Origin: Candidatus Woesebacteria bacterium
Lineage (GTDB): Bacteria; Patescibacteriota; Microgenomatia; UBA12405
Direction: 5' to 3'
DNA length: 64,000 nucleotides
Assembly (NCBI GenBank): GCA_035402805.1
Contig: DAONDY010000001.1
Coordinates: forward strand, 13,697-77,696
Both the position numbers and the translations under genes were made by a program. Under the pieces are notes generated by a model. It was not told where the DNA came from. It worked only from the letters and a program-made list of their open reading frames with translations, and made no database searches. Shown in pieces: positions 39,457 through 49,358 of this stretch (its first letter is position 1; each line of letters begins with the position of its first letter).

Positions 39457-40515
39457 ATGGAAAATCAATTAACCACCGCCGAGGCGATTAAAAAACTTGT
39501 CGATAAAGTTTCTGCTGTCAAAATACCTGATGGTTTAGGTCTAAAATTACAAGAACTTTTTTCCCAACTAGAAATTAATTCTCAAAATGAGGAAACTTTT
39601 TGGCAAAATTATTACAACATTTCTAAATATGTTTATTGGGTTATTGCTATCCCTTGGTTTAATGAAACTAAAGATATTTTAGATTTGCGTTTTACCAAAG
39701 AAAAATTAGATCAAGAGCATTATGGTTTGGAAACCATCAAAGAAAGAATTTTAGAATATATTTCTGTCCTATCTTTACAAAAAAATCGTAATCCAAACGA
39801 AACAATTCAAGCTCCAATTATTCTTTTTGCTGGTTTAGTTGGTACTGGAAAAACTACCATGGCCAAATCAATTGCCAATGTCATGGGTCGTGAACTTGTT
39901 AGAATTCCTTTTGGTGGTCTTGGTGATGCTCATTATCTTCGCGGTTATACTCGTACTCGTCCCGATTCTGAACCAGGCCAAATTATTAAAGGTTTAGTTA
40001 ATTGCAAAAGCCGCAATCCAGTTATTTTATTAGATGAAATCGACCGTGTTGCCGACGATGCTTTAAATACTATCATGGGTGTTTTAGTTGAACTTCTTGA
40101 TCCAGAACAAAACAGTCATTTTGTCGATCATTATTTAGATTATCCAGTCGATCTTTCTCAAGTCATTTTTTGCGCTACTTGCAACAATACTTCTCGAATT
40201 GCCACTGCTGTTATGGATCGATTGGAAATTATTCAAATGCCATCATATACAGACGAAGAAAAAATGGTTATTGCTCGCGATTATCTTTTACCCAAGGCAT
40301 TAAAAAGCACTGGTCTAAATTCAGCTGATTTAAAAATCGGCGACAGTCTATGGCCACAAATTATTCGTCCTCTTGGTTTCGATGCTGGGGTTCGTACACT
40401 TCAACGCAATATTGAGGGTATGTGTCGTAAAGTTGCTAAAGTCATTTTAGAAGGCAAAACTAGACAAGTGGTTATTGACGAATCCAATGTCAAAATATTT
40501 TTACCTCAATGGTAA
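39457..40515 (+). CDS. Lon-type AAA+ ATPase module without protease domain
   Basis: IPW, LD.EHYGL..IKERILEY, GLVGTGKT (Walker A), NPVILLDEID (Walker B), LLDPEQN..F.DHYLD.PVDLS, EAGVR-like DAGVRTL; ends before the protease domain. Confidence 0.88.
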   Translation: MENQLTTAEAIKKLVDKVSAVKIPDGLGLKLQELFSQLEINSQNEETFWQNYYNISKYVYWVIAIPWFNETKDILDLRFTKEKLDQEHYGLETIKERILEYISVLSLQKNRNPNETIQAPIILFAGLVGTGKTTMAKSIANVMGRELVRIPFGGLGDAHYLRGYTRTRPDSEPGQIIKGLVNCKSRNPVILLDEIDRVADDALNTIMGVLVELLDPEQNSHFVDHYLDYPVDLSQVIFCATCNNTSRIATAVMDRLEIIQMPSYTDEEKMVIARDYLLPKALKSTGLNSADLKIGDSLWPQIIRPLGFDAGVRTLQRNIEGMCRKVAKVILEGKTRQVVIDESNVKIFLPQW

Positions 40516-40540
40516 AATTTATTAAGAGTTTTTATTTTTT

Positions 40541-40566
40541 CTGAACCATTTGTGGTTGCGGTTCAG
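40541..40566 (+). terminator. stem-loop between the lon-like gene and rnj
   Basis: CTGAACC-N12-GGTTCAG followed by a T-rich tract. Confidence 0.5.
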
Positions 40567-40607
40567 TTATTTATTATTATTTATATTTATTAATCACATC
40601 AGTTTTT

Positions 40608-42356
40608 ATGTTTAAAAATCAAAACACAAATTTTATTAAAAATGCTCCAAATCAGGTCCGAGAATACAAATCAGGCCACGATTCGGTGCGAATTAGCTCC
40701 CTTGGGGGCTTTGGCGATGTCACTCAAAACATGTTTGTTTATGAGTTCATTCCCAATGGCGATCTTGCCAGAAGTCAAATTATTATTGTTGATTGTGGGG
40801 TCGGTTTTCCCGAAGAGGACGCCTTTGGCGTTGATCTTCAAATTCCCGACACTCACTATCTTGAAGATAAAAAAGACCGAATTTTAGGTATATTTATTAC
40901 TCACGGTCACGAGGACCATATTGGAGCCGTTCGTTTTATTCTGCCAATTTTAGGTCAAAATGTTCCAGTCTACGCTCCCAAATTAGCTGCTGCTTTTATA
41001 GAAGCCCGACTTGGCGAAGTTCAAATTCGCGCTAATCTTCAAGTTTATGATGAAAAAACTTTACCTATAAACAAAGGTCCTTTTATTATTGAACCAATTA
41101 GGGTTACTCATTCTATTCCCGACACTTTTCATTTTGCCATTAATACACCAATTGGTATTTTTTATCATGGTTCCGATTTCAAATTTGATTTATTTCCTCT
41201 AGATGGTAAAGGTGCTGATTATCAAAAAATCGCCCGTGTTGGTCAAGGAAAAGTTATTGCTCTAATGTCGGACAGTTTAGGATCTGACCATGAAGGTTTT
41301 TCACCTTCAGAATCTTCTATTGCTCAAAATTTTAAACAAGAAATTATTTCCGCTAAAGGTCGAGTTTTTGTTACTTCAATTTCTAGTAACATTGTTCGCT
41401 GGACTCAAGCCATTGAATACGGCAAAAGTGTTGGTCGAAAAATAGTTATTGTTGGTTTTTCGGTAGACAGGGCTATCAAAATTGCCAAAGATTTAGGCTA
41501 TTTAACTCTAAATGACACCGACATTGTCCCCATTGAAAGAGTTAAAAATTTCAATGAAAACAAATTGCTTTTCTTAGTTGCCGGTTTTGCTGGTCAGCCA
41601 GATTCGGCTCTCAGTAAAATGATCATGGGTAAACATAAAGTTAAAGTCAAAGCTGGTGACAAAGTTATCTTTTCTTCCCCAGATTATATTCCCGGCACCA
41701 CTTCTAATATTTACAATATGATCGATCTTCTCTCTAAAATGGGGGCCGAAGTTGTTTATGGTGAAAAAGAAGAATTGCATGTTTCCGGTCATGGTTATCA
41801 AAAGGAACATGCTCTTTTAATTAATTTATTAAGACCAAAATATTTATTACCAATCGGTGGTAATTATCGTCATTTAAAGAGTTATCAAGAGATGGCCAAA
41901 AAATTAGGTTACACCGAAGAACAGGTGATTTTGCCAGATTTTGATGCTTCAGCCACTTTCAATAGCAATGGCACCGTCGACACTAATTTTCATATTTCCA
42001 TTAGAAAAGTTTTAATTGATGGATTTGGAGTCGGTGATGTTGGCACTACTGTTCTAAGGGATCGAAAAACTCTGGCCGAAGATGGTATGTTCTCTGTTGT
42101 TTTATTGATTGAAAAGGAATCTGGCAAATTAGTTAAACCTCCAGTTGTCTTAAGTCGTGGGTTTGTTTTTATGAAAGAAAACACCGAACTTATAGACTTT
42201 TTAAAGCTTGAAATTACTAATAAATTTAATCAATCTACCAGTTCTCCGGCCAATATGGATTTTATTCGTGAAGAAGTTCAAGCTTCTCTTGAAGAAATTA
42301 TCTACAAAAAAACCGGCCGACAACCAATGGTCTTACCCTTAGTAATCGAAGTATAA
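40608..42356 (+). CDS. rnj: ribonuclease J
   Basis: LGG.G....NM, VDCG, THGHEDHIG, HSIPD, DFKFD, HVSGH, R.PMVLP. Confidence 0.96.
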   Translation: MFKNQNTNFIKNAPNQVREYKSGHDSVRISSLGGFGDVTQNMFVYEFIPNGDLARSQIIIVDCGVGFPEEDAFGVDLQIPDTHYLEDKKDRILGIFITHGHEDHIGAVRFILPILGQNVPVYAPKLAAAFIEARLGEVQIRANLQVYDEKTLPINKGPFIIEPIRVTHSIPDTFHFAINTPIGIFYHGSDFKFDLFPLDGKGADYQKIARVGQGKVIALMSDSLGSDHEGFSPSESSIAQNFKQEIISAKGRVFVTSISSNIVRWTQAIEYGKSVGRKIVIVGFSVDRAIKIAKDLGYLTLNDTDIVPIERVKNFNENKLLFLVAGFAGQPDSALSKMIMGKHKVKVKAGDKVIFSSPDYIPGTTSNIYNMIDLLSKMGAEVVYGEKEELHVSGHGYQKEHALLINLLRPKYLLPIGGNYRHLKSYQEMAKKLGYTEEQVILPDFDASATFNSNGTVDTNFHISIRKVLIDGFGVGDVGTTVLRDRKTLAEDGMFSVVLLIEKESGKLVKPPVVLSRGFVFMKENTELIDFLKLEITNKFNQSTSSPANMDFIREEVQASLEEIIYKKTGRQPMVLPLVIEV

Positions 42357-42370
42357 AATCTAAAACTGTT

Positions 42371-42637
42371 CTACAAATATTTGTTCCATTTATTATCAGT
42401 AATAATACTGTTATTTTTTTTGCAAAAATTTTTTTTAGCTTCTTCCTCAAGATTACTAATTTCTTTATTAATAACCAAACCCATATTTCGTCCATGATCT
42501 TTCTTTTCTTCCTCGCTTAATTCAGGAGGTGGATCAGGAAGTTCATTCACAGCCATATTAATTTCTTTAGCCATCTCCATATAACATTTCTTATTTCCAG
42601 GAACTGTACAAATTTCACAATTTCTTTTTTCACTCAT
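42371..42637 (-). CDS. hypothetical protein with Cys motif (CxxC-x7-C)
   Basis: ATG 6 nt below TAAAAT; fills the rnj-proS gap. Confidence 0.65.
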   Translation of the reverse strand: MSEKRNCEICTVPGNKKCYMEMAKEINMAVNELPDPPPELSEEEKKDHGRNMGLVINKEISNLEEEAKKNFCKKNNSIITDNKWNKYL

Positions 42638-42683
42638 AAATATATTTTATCCTAATTTTCGATTTTTTAAGTTATAATAAGCC

Positions 42684-44105
42684 ATGGCTAAAAAATTTAT
42701 CAAACTTAAATCCGAAGATTTATCTGAATGGTATAACGATCTTGTCGTTAAAGCCGAACTTGCCGATTATTCTCCAGTCAAAGGTTGTATGGTTATTCGT
42801 CCTTATGGTTATGCCATTTGGGAAAGAATTCAATCTTTTATGGATAAGTTTATTAAAGAAAAAGGTGTTCAAAATGCTTATTTTCCTATCTTCATTCCCG
42901 AAAGTTTTTTAAAAAAAGAAAAAGAACATGTTGAGGGTTTTGCCCCTGAATTAGCCGTTGTTACCATGGGTGGTGGTCAAGAATTAACCGAAAAATTAAT
43001 TGTCCGTCCCACTTCTGAAACCATTATGTACGAAATGTACAAAAAATGGACTCAAAGTTGGCGTGATTTACCAGTAAAAATGAATCAATGGTGCAATGTT
43101 GTCCGTTGGGAACAACGTACTTATTTATTTTTAAGAACAACTGAATTTTTATGGCAAGAAGGTCATTGTGCTCATGCCACCTCCGAAGAAAATAATGAAA
43201 TGGTTCAATGGGCTTTAGATCTTTATAAAAAAACTTATACCGATCTTTTGGCTATTTATGGAGTTACTGGTGTTAAAAGTGATGCAGAAAAATTTGCTGG
43301 TGCTGGTAAAACTTATACTATTGAGGCTCTGATGCCAAATGGTAAAGCTCTTCAAGCTGGAACTTCTCATGACCTTGGTCAAAATTTTGCCAAATCTTTT
43401 GATTGGTTTGTTTCCGATAAAAACGGTGAAAAACTTTATCCTTACCAAAACAGTTGGGGACTTTCCACTAGATCTATCGGTGGATTAATTATGATTCATG
43501 GTGATGATAATGGTTTAGTTTTCCCACCTCAAATTGCTCCAATTCAAATAGTTATTGTTCCAATTCCAAACCACCAAAAAGCATCCAAATTGGCCGAAGA
43601 TATTTTTATTAAAATAAAATCAAATTATCGTTGTCAGCTTGACGATACTGTTGATGAATCAGCTGGTTTTAAATTTAATAAATGGGAAATGAAAGGTGTT
43701 CCAATTAGAATTGAAATTGGCGATAAAGAAGCCGATCTTGATTCTGTAATTTTAGTTCGTCGCGACACTCTTGAAAAACAAACTATTAAAATTGCTGATT
43801 TGGAAAAAAATATTGATCAACTTTTAATTGATATTCAAAGCAATTTATTAGAAAAACACAAAAAATTTACTCAAAACAACACTTTTTCAGTTGATTCTTT
43901 TGATGAATTTAAAAAAATAATGTCCACTACTCGTGGTTTTATTTCCGCTCATTGGTGTGAAAATGCCGAATGTGAGGCAAAAATAAAAGAAGAAACCAAA
44001 GCTACTACTCGCTGTCTTCCAGATGGTCAGCCAGAAGAAGATGGTGTTTGTATTCACTGCGGTAAACCATCAAAACATCGTTGGCTATTTGCACAAAGCT
44101 ACTAA
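42684..44105 (+). CDS. proS: proline--tRNA ligase, archaeal/eukaryote-type
   Basis: VRPTSET, NVVRWE, FLRTTEFLWQEGH, LQAGTSH.LGQNF, SWGLSTR, C-terminal zinc motif and terminal Y. Confidence 0.97.
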   Translation: MAKKFIKLKSEDLSEWYNDLVVKAELADYSPVKGCMVIRPYGYAIWERIQSFMDKFIKEKGVQNAYFPIFIPESFLKKEKEHVEGFAPELAVVTMGGGQELTEKLIVRPTSETIMYEMYKKWTQSWRDLPVKMNQWCNVVRWEQRTYLFLRTTEFLWQEGHCAHATSEENNEMVQWALDLYKKTYTDLLAIYGVTGVKSDAEKFAGAGKTYTIEALMPNGKALQAGTSHDLGQNFAKSFDWFVSDKNGEKLYPYQNSWGLSTRSIGGLIMIHGDDNGLVFPPQIAPIQIVIVPIPNHQKASKLAEDIFIKIKSNYRCQLDDTVDESAGFKFNKWEMKGVPIRIEIGDKEADLDSVILVRRDTLEKQTIKIADLEKNIDQLLIDIQSNLLEKHKKFTQNNTFSVDSFDEFKKIMSTTRGFISAHWCENAECEAKIKEETKATTRCLPDGQPEEDGVCIHCGKPSKHRWLFAQSY

Positions 44106-44121
44106 AACGGTATACTAATTC

Positions 44122-46242
44122 ATGGCTAAACGTGGTCGCAAGAAAAAACATCTATTTCCAGTTTTAAGACTAAAACCGGAAACTGTCAAAACCATCTTTT
44201 TTATCATTTTTATGGTTTTGTCGATTCTTTCCTTATTTTCTTTTCTTCAAACCGGATCAAGTCTTTCCCAATTGAATAATAAATTAACAGAATGGTTTGG
44301 ATTAATTTCCGTTTTTGTTCCCTTTTTACTCTTACTCACTTCTTTTCTTTTTGCCAAAATTAAAATTCCTCTAAAAGAATTAAATGTCTTTTTTGGTTCA
44401 TTAATTATGTTTATTGCCCTTTTGGGTTTACTCAAACAGGGGGTTGTTGGCACTTTTTTTAGTACTCAAATAACTGCTCTTACTGGTGAATTAGCTGGAT
44501 TTTTCATTTTTTTCTTTTCTGGAATCGCTGGTTTTGTAATCTTATTTGACACTAACATTAGTCAAATAGTTAAATTTTTTGTTGGGCTTTTCAAGGCTCT
44601 TAAAAAATATACTATCGGTAATGGTAAAAATAAAGAAAAAAGATCCGAGAAAAAAGTCGGTAAATTTTTATCAGAACTTTCTCCTTTTAAATCAGAAAAA
44701 AATAACGATAAAGACCGTAAGGATGATCCAAATGTAGTTAACGTTCCTCCAGTTATAAAAGCTCCCGACCAGTTATCAATTTCTTCACCGCTTCAATCAA
44801 ATCCTGTAAACCAAATTTGGAATTATCCCTCTCTTGATATTTTTGATAACACTCCTGGAGCTAAGGCTGACCGTGGTGATGTCCGAAAAAATGCCAGTAC
44901 TATCGAAGAAACTCTCGAATCGTTTGGTATTAGAGCTAAAGTAGTTGAATATAACAACAGTCCTTCAGTTACCCAATATGCCCTAGAGGTTGCTCTTGGC
45001 ACCAAATTAGCCAAAATTGTTAGCTTAAGTAATGACTTAGCTATGGCTCTTTCTGCTCCTGGTGGTCAAATTCGTATTGAAGCTCCAATTCCTGGCCGAT
45101 CATTAGTTGGCATTGAAGTTCCTAATAAATCCCTTGAAGTTGTTCCTATCAGAAAAATCTTAGAATCTGATGTCATGAGAAATGCCAAAAACAAAATCAC
45201 TGTTCCGTTAGGTCTCGATGTTGCTGGAAATGCCAAAGTTGCCGATATTGCCAAAATGCCGCATGTTTTAATTGCCGGTCAAACTGGTTCCGGTAAATCA
45301 GTCTGTATCAATTCTTGGATTGCTAACATTCTTTTCAGATCTTCACCTCAAGAAGTCAGAATGATTATGGTCGATCCTAAACGAGTCGAACTGACTCCTT
45401 TTAATGGTATTCCTCATCTATTAACTCCCGTCATTGTCGATCCAGAAAAAGTTATTTCTGCCCTAAAATGGGCGGTTAGTGAAATGGAACGCCGTTATAA
45501 AACCTTTACCGAAGTTGGGGCTAAAAATATTGAGGCCTACAACAATTTATCTGGTTTTCAATCAATGCCGTATATTTTGATTTTTATTGATGAATTGGCC
45601 GAAATTATGTTATTTTCTCCATCAGAAGTTGAAGATAATGTTTGTCGCTTGGCTCAAATGGCTCGTGCCACTGGTATTCATTTAATTTTAGCTACTCAAA
45701 GACCTTCAGTTAATGTTATTACCGGTCTCATTAAAGCCAATATTCCAACTCGTATTTCTTTTGCTGTTACCTCGGTCACCGATTCCCGTGTTATTCTTGA
45801 TACCCCTGGCGCTGAAAAATTATTAGGTAGGGGAGACATGCTCTATATTCCCCCTGATTTAGCTAAGCCAGTTCGTATCCAAGGTTGCTTTGTCTCTGAT
45901 AAAGAAATAGTTGCCTTAATTGATTTTCTTAAAACTCAAAAAACTACTGAATATAACGATGAAATCACTAGTCAACCAGTTTCTGGTGGCAATGGTAAAT
46001 CAGTTATTACCTCAGCTGATGGTTCTTCACACGATCCACTTTACGACAGTGCCGTTAAATTAATTCAAGATACTGGCAAAGCTTCGACTACTTATCTTCA
46101 AAGAAAGTTAAGCGTTGGTTATGCCCGAGCCGCTAAAATATTGGACGAAATCGAAGGCGCTGGTTTAATCGGCCCGTCAAAAGGTGCCAAAGCCAGAGAT
46201 ATTTTAATGCCTCACAATCCAGGTGATGGTTCGACTGAATAA
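44122..46242 (+). CDS. ftsK: DNA translocase FtsK/SpoIIIE
   Basis: 4-TM N-terminus, RIEAPIPG, PHVLIAGQTGSGKS, IDELA, ATQRPS, gamma domain LQRKL.VGYARAA. Confidence 0.97.
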   Translation: MAKRGRKKKHLFPVLRLKPETVKTIFFIIFMVLSILSLFSFLQTGSSLSQLNNKLTEWFGLISVFVPFLLLLTSFLFAKIKIPLKELNVFFGSLIMFIALLGLLKQGVVGTFFSTQITALTGELAGFFIFFFSGIAGFVILFDTNISQIVKFFVGLFKALKKYTIGNGKNKEKRSEKKVGKFLSELSPFKSEKNNDKDRKDDPNVVNVPPVIKAPDQLSISSPLQSNPVNQIWNYPSLDIFDNTPGAKADRGDVRKNASTIEETLESFGIRAKVVEYNNSPSVTQYALEVALGTKLAKIVSLSNDLAMALSAPGGQIRIEAPIPGRSLVGIEVPNKSLEVVPIRKILESDVMRNAKNKITVPLGLDVAGNAKVADIAKMPHVLIAGQTGSGKSVCINSWIANILFRSSPQEVRMIMVDPKRVELTPFNGIPHLLTPVIVDPEKVISALKWAVSEMERRYKTFTEVGAKNIEAYNNLSGFQSMPYILIFIDELAEIMLFSPSEVEDNVCRLAQMARATGIHLILATQRPSVNVITGLIKANIPTRISFAVTSVTDSRVILDTPGAEKLLGRGDMLYIPPDLAKPVRIQGCFVSDKEIVALIDFLKTQKTTEYNDEITSQPVSGGNGKSVITSADGSSHDPLYDSAVKLIQDTGKASTTYLQRKLSVGYARAAKILDEIEGAGLIGPSKGAKARDILMPHNPGDGSTE

Positions 46243-46248
46243 TTTATT

Positions 46249-46854
46249 ATGCTTCGAACTTCTTCTCTTCTTAAAAACACCCGTATTGATAAAGAATATG
46301 ACCTGTCCGATATTTCCAAGAAATTAAAAATACCCATCAAATATTTAATTGCTATCGAAAATGAAGAGGTTAAATGTTTTCCTCAAGAGCCTTATTGTTC
46401 TTTGATTATTAAAGATTATGCCGATTATTTAGGTCTAAATGGTCAAGAAATGTTATCTTTTTTTCGTCGTGATTTTGAACAAAGTAAAAAAAATAAATCC
46501 TTTAAAAAAGAAAATCTATCTTTTACCCCTCAATTTACTTTCGCTCTTTTAATTGGATTAATTTTAGTCAGTTTTATTTTTTATCTCACTTCAGAATATT
46601 TAAAATTTAATCGTCCTCCAAAATTAAAAGTAAATTGGCCAGAAAATATTACTGGTACCAGTTTTGATCTTTCTGGTCTTACCGATCCTGATTCCACCAT
46701 TCGCATTAATCAAGACCTTATTATTGTTGATGATAAAGGAAATTTTCAAAAGAAAATTCAAGCCAGTTCTGGTGGTGAATTAAAAATTATCGTTGAATCT
46801 AAATCGCCTAGTGGTAAAACCACTATTGAAGAAAAAGTTTTAAAAACTAATTAA
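46249..46854 (+). CDS. RodZ-like HTH-TM protein with C-terminal Ig-like domain
   Basis: HTH_25 pattern (ISKKLKI..KYL.AIE...YA.YLGL), TM, PP.L.V..P beta domain; follows ftsK. Confidence 0.8.
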   Translation: MLRTSSLLKNTRIDKEYDLSDISKKLKIPIKYLIAIENEEVKCFPQEPYCSLIIKDYADYLGLNGQEMLSFFRRDFEQSKKNKSFKKENLSFTPQFTFALLIGLILVSFIFYLTSEYLKFNRPPKLKVNWPENITGTSFDLSGLTDPDSTIRINQDLIIVDDKGNFQKKIQASSGGELKIIVESKSPSGKTTIEEKVLKTN

Positions 46855-46872
46855 TTAGTTTATACTGAATAT

Positions 46873-47133
46873 ATGGATATCACTCAAATTGTCATTATCA
46901 TCAGTTTAGTTGCTATTACCGCCATTATTATTATCAGCGGTGTATTTTTCATTAAATTATTAAAAGACTTAACCGTTACCATCAAAAAAACCAACTTAAT
47001 TCTTGATGATACTCATTTAATTACCGATTCTGTGGCTAAACCAGTTTCTTCTTTTTCAGAGGTTCTTATGGGTTTAAAAAATGGTTTTTCTTTTTTTAAC
47101 AATTTATCGAAAAACAAAAAGAAAGATGAATAA
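46873..47133 (+). CDS. DUF948/YtxG-like membrane coiled-coil protein
   Basis: N-terminal TM then amphipathic helix; paired with a YtxH-like gene. Confidence 0.65.
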   Translation: MDITQIVIIISLVAITAIIIISGVFFIKLLKDLTVTIKKTNLILDDTHLITDSVAKPVSSFSEVLMGLKNGFSFFNNLSKNKKKDE

Positions 47134-47398
47134 GGAAGAGGAAAAAGTAAGCTCTGGTTTTATTTTTGGTCTAACTTTAGGTGCTGCGATTGGAGCCATT
47201 TCCGCCATTTTAGTCAATAAAAACAGTAAAACCGAGGTTATTGAAAATTTTGAATCCAAGGTTAAAGATTTTTTCCAAGATTTAATTAGTGACGTTAAAA
47301 TTTCCGCCAAAGGCGGATCCTCCTCTGGCGGAAAAGAAGTTGAATATATTACTCCCAAAAAACCTGCTCCCAAGATGTTTGTTAAACCGAAAAGATAA
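47126..47398 (+). CDS. YtxH-like protein
   Basis: GFIFGLTLGAAIGAISAIL glycine-zipper; start revised to 47126. Confidence 0.7.
   Translation: MNKEEEKVSSGFIFGLTLGAAIGAISAILVNKNSKTEVIENFESKVKDFFQDLISDVKISAKGGSSSGGKEVEYITPKKPAPKMFVKPKR
47301..47334. repeat. GC-rich 34-bp palindrome inserted in-frame in the YtxH-like CDS
   Basis: TTTCCGCCA-AAGGCGGATCCTCCTC-TGGCGGAAA; core is a 2x15-mer TCCGCC-AAA-GGCGGA/TCCTCC-TCT-GGCGGA encoding SAKGGSSSGG. Confidence 0.8.
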
Positions 47399-47402
47399 GA
47401 TA

Positions 47403-47452
47403 ATTTCTCCCTTTTATCAAGGGGAGATGTCCGAAGGACAGAGGGGTTTTGA
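47403..47452 (+). repeat. double-hairpin REP-like element, copy B
   Basis: Identical over 50 nt to 14862-14911. Confidence 0.95.
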
Positions 47453-47470
47453 ACTGATATAATCAACTTT

Positions 47471-49324
47471 ATGAATGTCAGAGAAATCAGAAAAAAATTT
47501 ATCGATTTTTATAAAGCCCGTGGTCATATTGAAATTCCTTCTGTTTCTTTAGTTCCAGAAAACGATCCCTCTACTCTTTTTACTTCCGCTGGAATGCAAC
47601 CAATGATGCTCTATCTTTTAGGAGAAAAGCATCCACTTGGAAAAAGAATTGTCGATTCTCAAAAATGTTTTCGTTCTCAAGATATTGAAGAAGTTGGCGA
47701 TAATCGTCACACCACCTTTTTTGAAATGTTAGGTAATTGGTCTTTAGGGGATTATTTTAAAAAAGAACAACTCGAATTTATTTTTACTTTTCTTACTGAT
47801 AAAAACGAAGGAATAGGCCTCGATCCAAATCGAATTCATGTTTCTGTTTTTAAAGGTGATGAAAATCAAAAATTAATGCCCGACACTGAAACCATAGACC
47901 TTTGGATTAAGCTTTTTGGAAAATATAACATAAAAGCGGGAATTGGTAATCACATTTTTACCTATCCATCCAACAAAAATTGGTGGTCTCGTTCCGGTTC
48001 TCCTGATAAAATGCCTGCAGGTGAACCTGGTGGTCCAGACAGTGAAATTTTTTATGATTTTGGTCCAGAACTAAAACTACATGAAAACTCAAAATGGAAA
48101 GATCAACCCTGCCATATAAATTGTGATTGTGGTCGTTTCTTAGAAATCGGCAATTCTGTGTTTATGCAATACCTTAAACAATCAGATGGTAGTTTAAAAG
48201 ATTTACCTCAAAAAAACATTGACTTTGGAGGTGGTTTAACCAGACTAGAAGCCGTTTCTAAAAATAACCCCGACATGTTTAATATTTCCACCCTTAGCCC
48301 TTTAATTAAGGAAATAGAAAAAATTTCCCAAAAATCGTATTCAGATTTAGACAATAAAGCTCCAATGAGAATTATTGCCGATCATATTACTGCCTCGGTT
48401 TTTTTAATTAATGATGGCGTTGTTCCTAGTAATAAAGCTCAAGGTTATGTGCTTCGTCGTTTAATTCGTCGGGCTATTCGTCAAGGAAAAATAATCAACA
48501 TCGAAAATGATTTGATTGTAAAAATAGCTAAATTAGTTATTAATGACGAAAATTATACCGATAAATACCCAGAACTTATTCAAAACCAAAATAATATTTT
48601 AGACATTTTAACCACTGAAGAAAATAAATTTAGAAAAACTTTAAACAATGGTCTTCGTGAAATTAATAAACTAATTACTAGAAATAAAACTGTTTCCGGT
48701 AAAGAAGCTTTTACTCTTTATGAAACTTTCGGTTTTCCAGTTGAAATGATTCAAGAGGAATTAGCTAAAAATAATTTAACTCTAAATATAGATGATTTTG
48801 ATCAGGCCAAACTTGATCATCAAAAACTTTCTCAGACTTTATCTGCCGGCAAGTTTAAATCAGGTTTAGCCGATAATTCGGAAATTATTACTAAATTTCA
48901 TACTGTCGCCCACTTGCTTCACGCCGCTTTAAGAAAAGTTCTTGGCAGTCATGTTCAACAAGCTGGTTCAAATATTACCTCGGAAAGAATTCGTTTTGAT
49001 TTTACTAACCCCGAAAAATTAACTGAAGATCAGTTAAAACAAGTGACAGATTTGGTTAATGATCAAATTAAATTAAAATTACCGGTTACTGTTGAAAATA
49101 TGCCCTTTACTGAGGCGACCAAAAAAGGTGCTTTAGCTTTTTTTGGTAACAAATATCCAGAAAATGTTACCGTTTATACCATCGGTTCAAAGGAAAATTA
49201 TTTTTCAAAAGAAGTTTGCACTGGTCCTCATGTTGCCAATTTATCTGTACTTGGTCATTTTGAAATCTTTAAAGAAGAATCCGCTGGGAGTGGTAAACGC
49301 CGTATCTATGCAGTCCTAAAATAG
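47471..49324 (+). CDS. alaS: alanine--tRNA ligase (short form, no C-Ala domain)
   Basis: LFTSAGMQP, HTTFFEMLGNWS.GDYFK, IADH, GYVLRRLIRRA, HT..HLL..AL, E.C.GPHV, SAGSGKRRI. Confidence 0.96.
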   Translation: MNVREIRKKFIDFYKARGHIEIPSVSLVPENDPSTLFTSAGMQPMMLYLLGEKHPLGKRIVDSQKCFRSQDIEEVGDNRHTTFFEMLGNWSLGDYFKKEQLEFIFTFLTDKNEGIGLDPNRIHVSVFKGDENQKLMPDTETIDLWIKLFGKYNIKAGIGNHIFTYPSNKNWWSRSGSPDKMPAGEPGGPDSEIFYDFGPELKLHENSKWKDQPCHINCDCGRFLEIGNSVFMQYLKQSDGSLKDLPQKNIDFGGGLTRLEAVSKNNPDMFNISTLSPLIKEIEKISQKSYSDLDNKAPMRIIADHITASVFLINDGVVPSNKAQGYVLRRLIRRAIRQGKIINIENDLIVKIAKLVINDENYTDKYPELIQNQNNILDILTTEENKFRKTLNNGLREINKLITRNKTVSGKEAFTLYETFGFPVEMIQEELAKNNLTLNIDDFDQAKLDHQKLSQTLSAGKFKSGLADNSEIITKFHTVAHLLHAALRKVLGSHVQQAGSNITSERIRFDFTNPEKLTEDQLKQVTDLVNDQIKLKLPVTVENMPFTEATKKGALAFFGNKYPENVTVYTIGSKENYFSKEVCTGPHVANLSVLGHFEIFKEESAGSGKRRIYAVLK

Positions 49325-49358
49325 GCAGAATATATAAAAATATAGTATTCTATTATGT

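Noticed and set aside
47104-47466. 120-aa minus-strand ORF
   Set aside because: Antisense to the YtxH-like gene and reads through repeat copy B and the palindrome; a shadow ORF.
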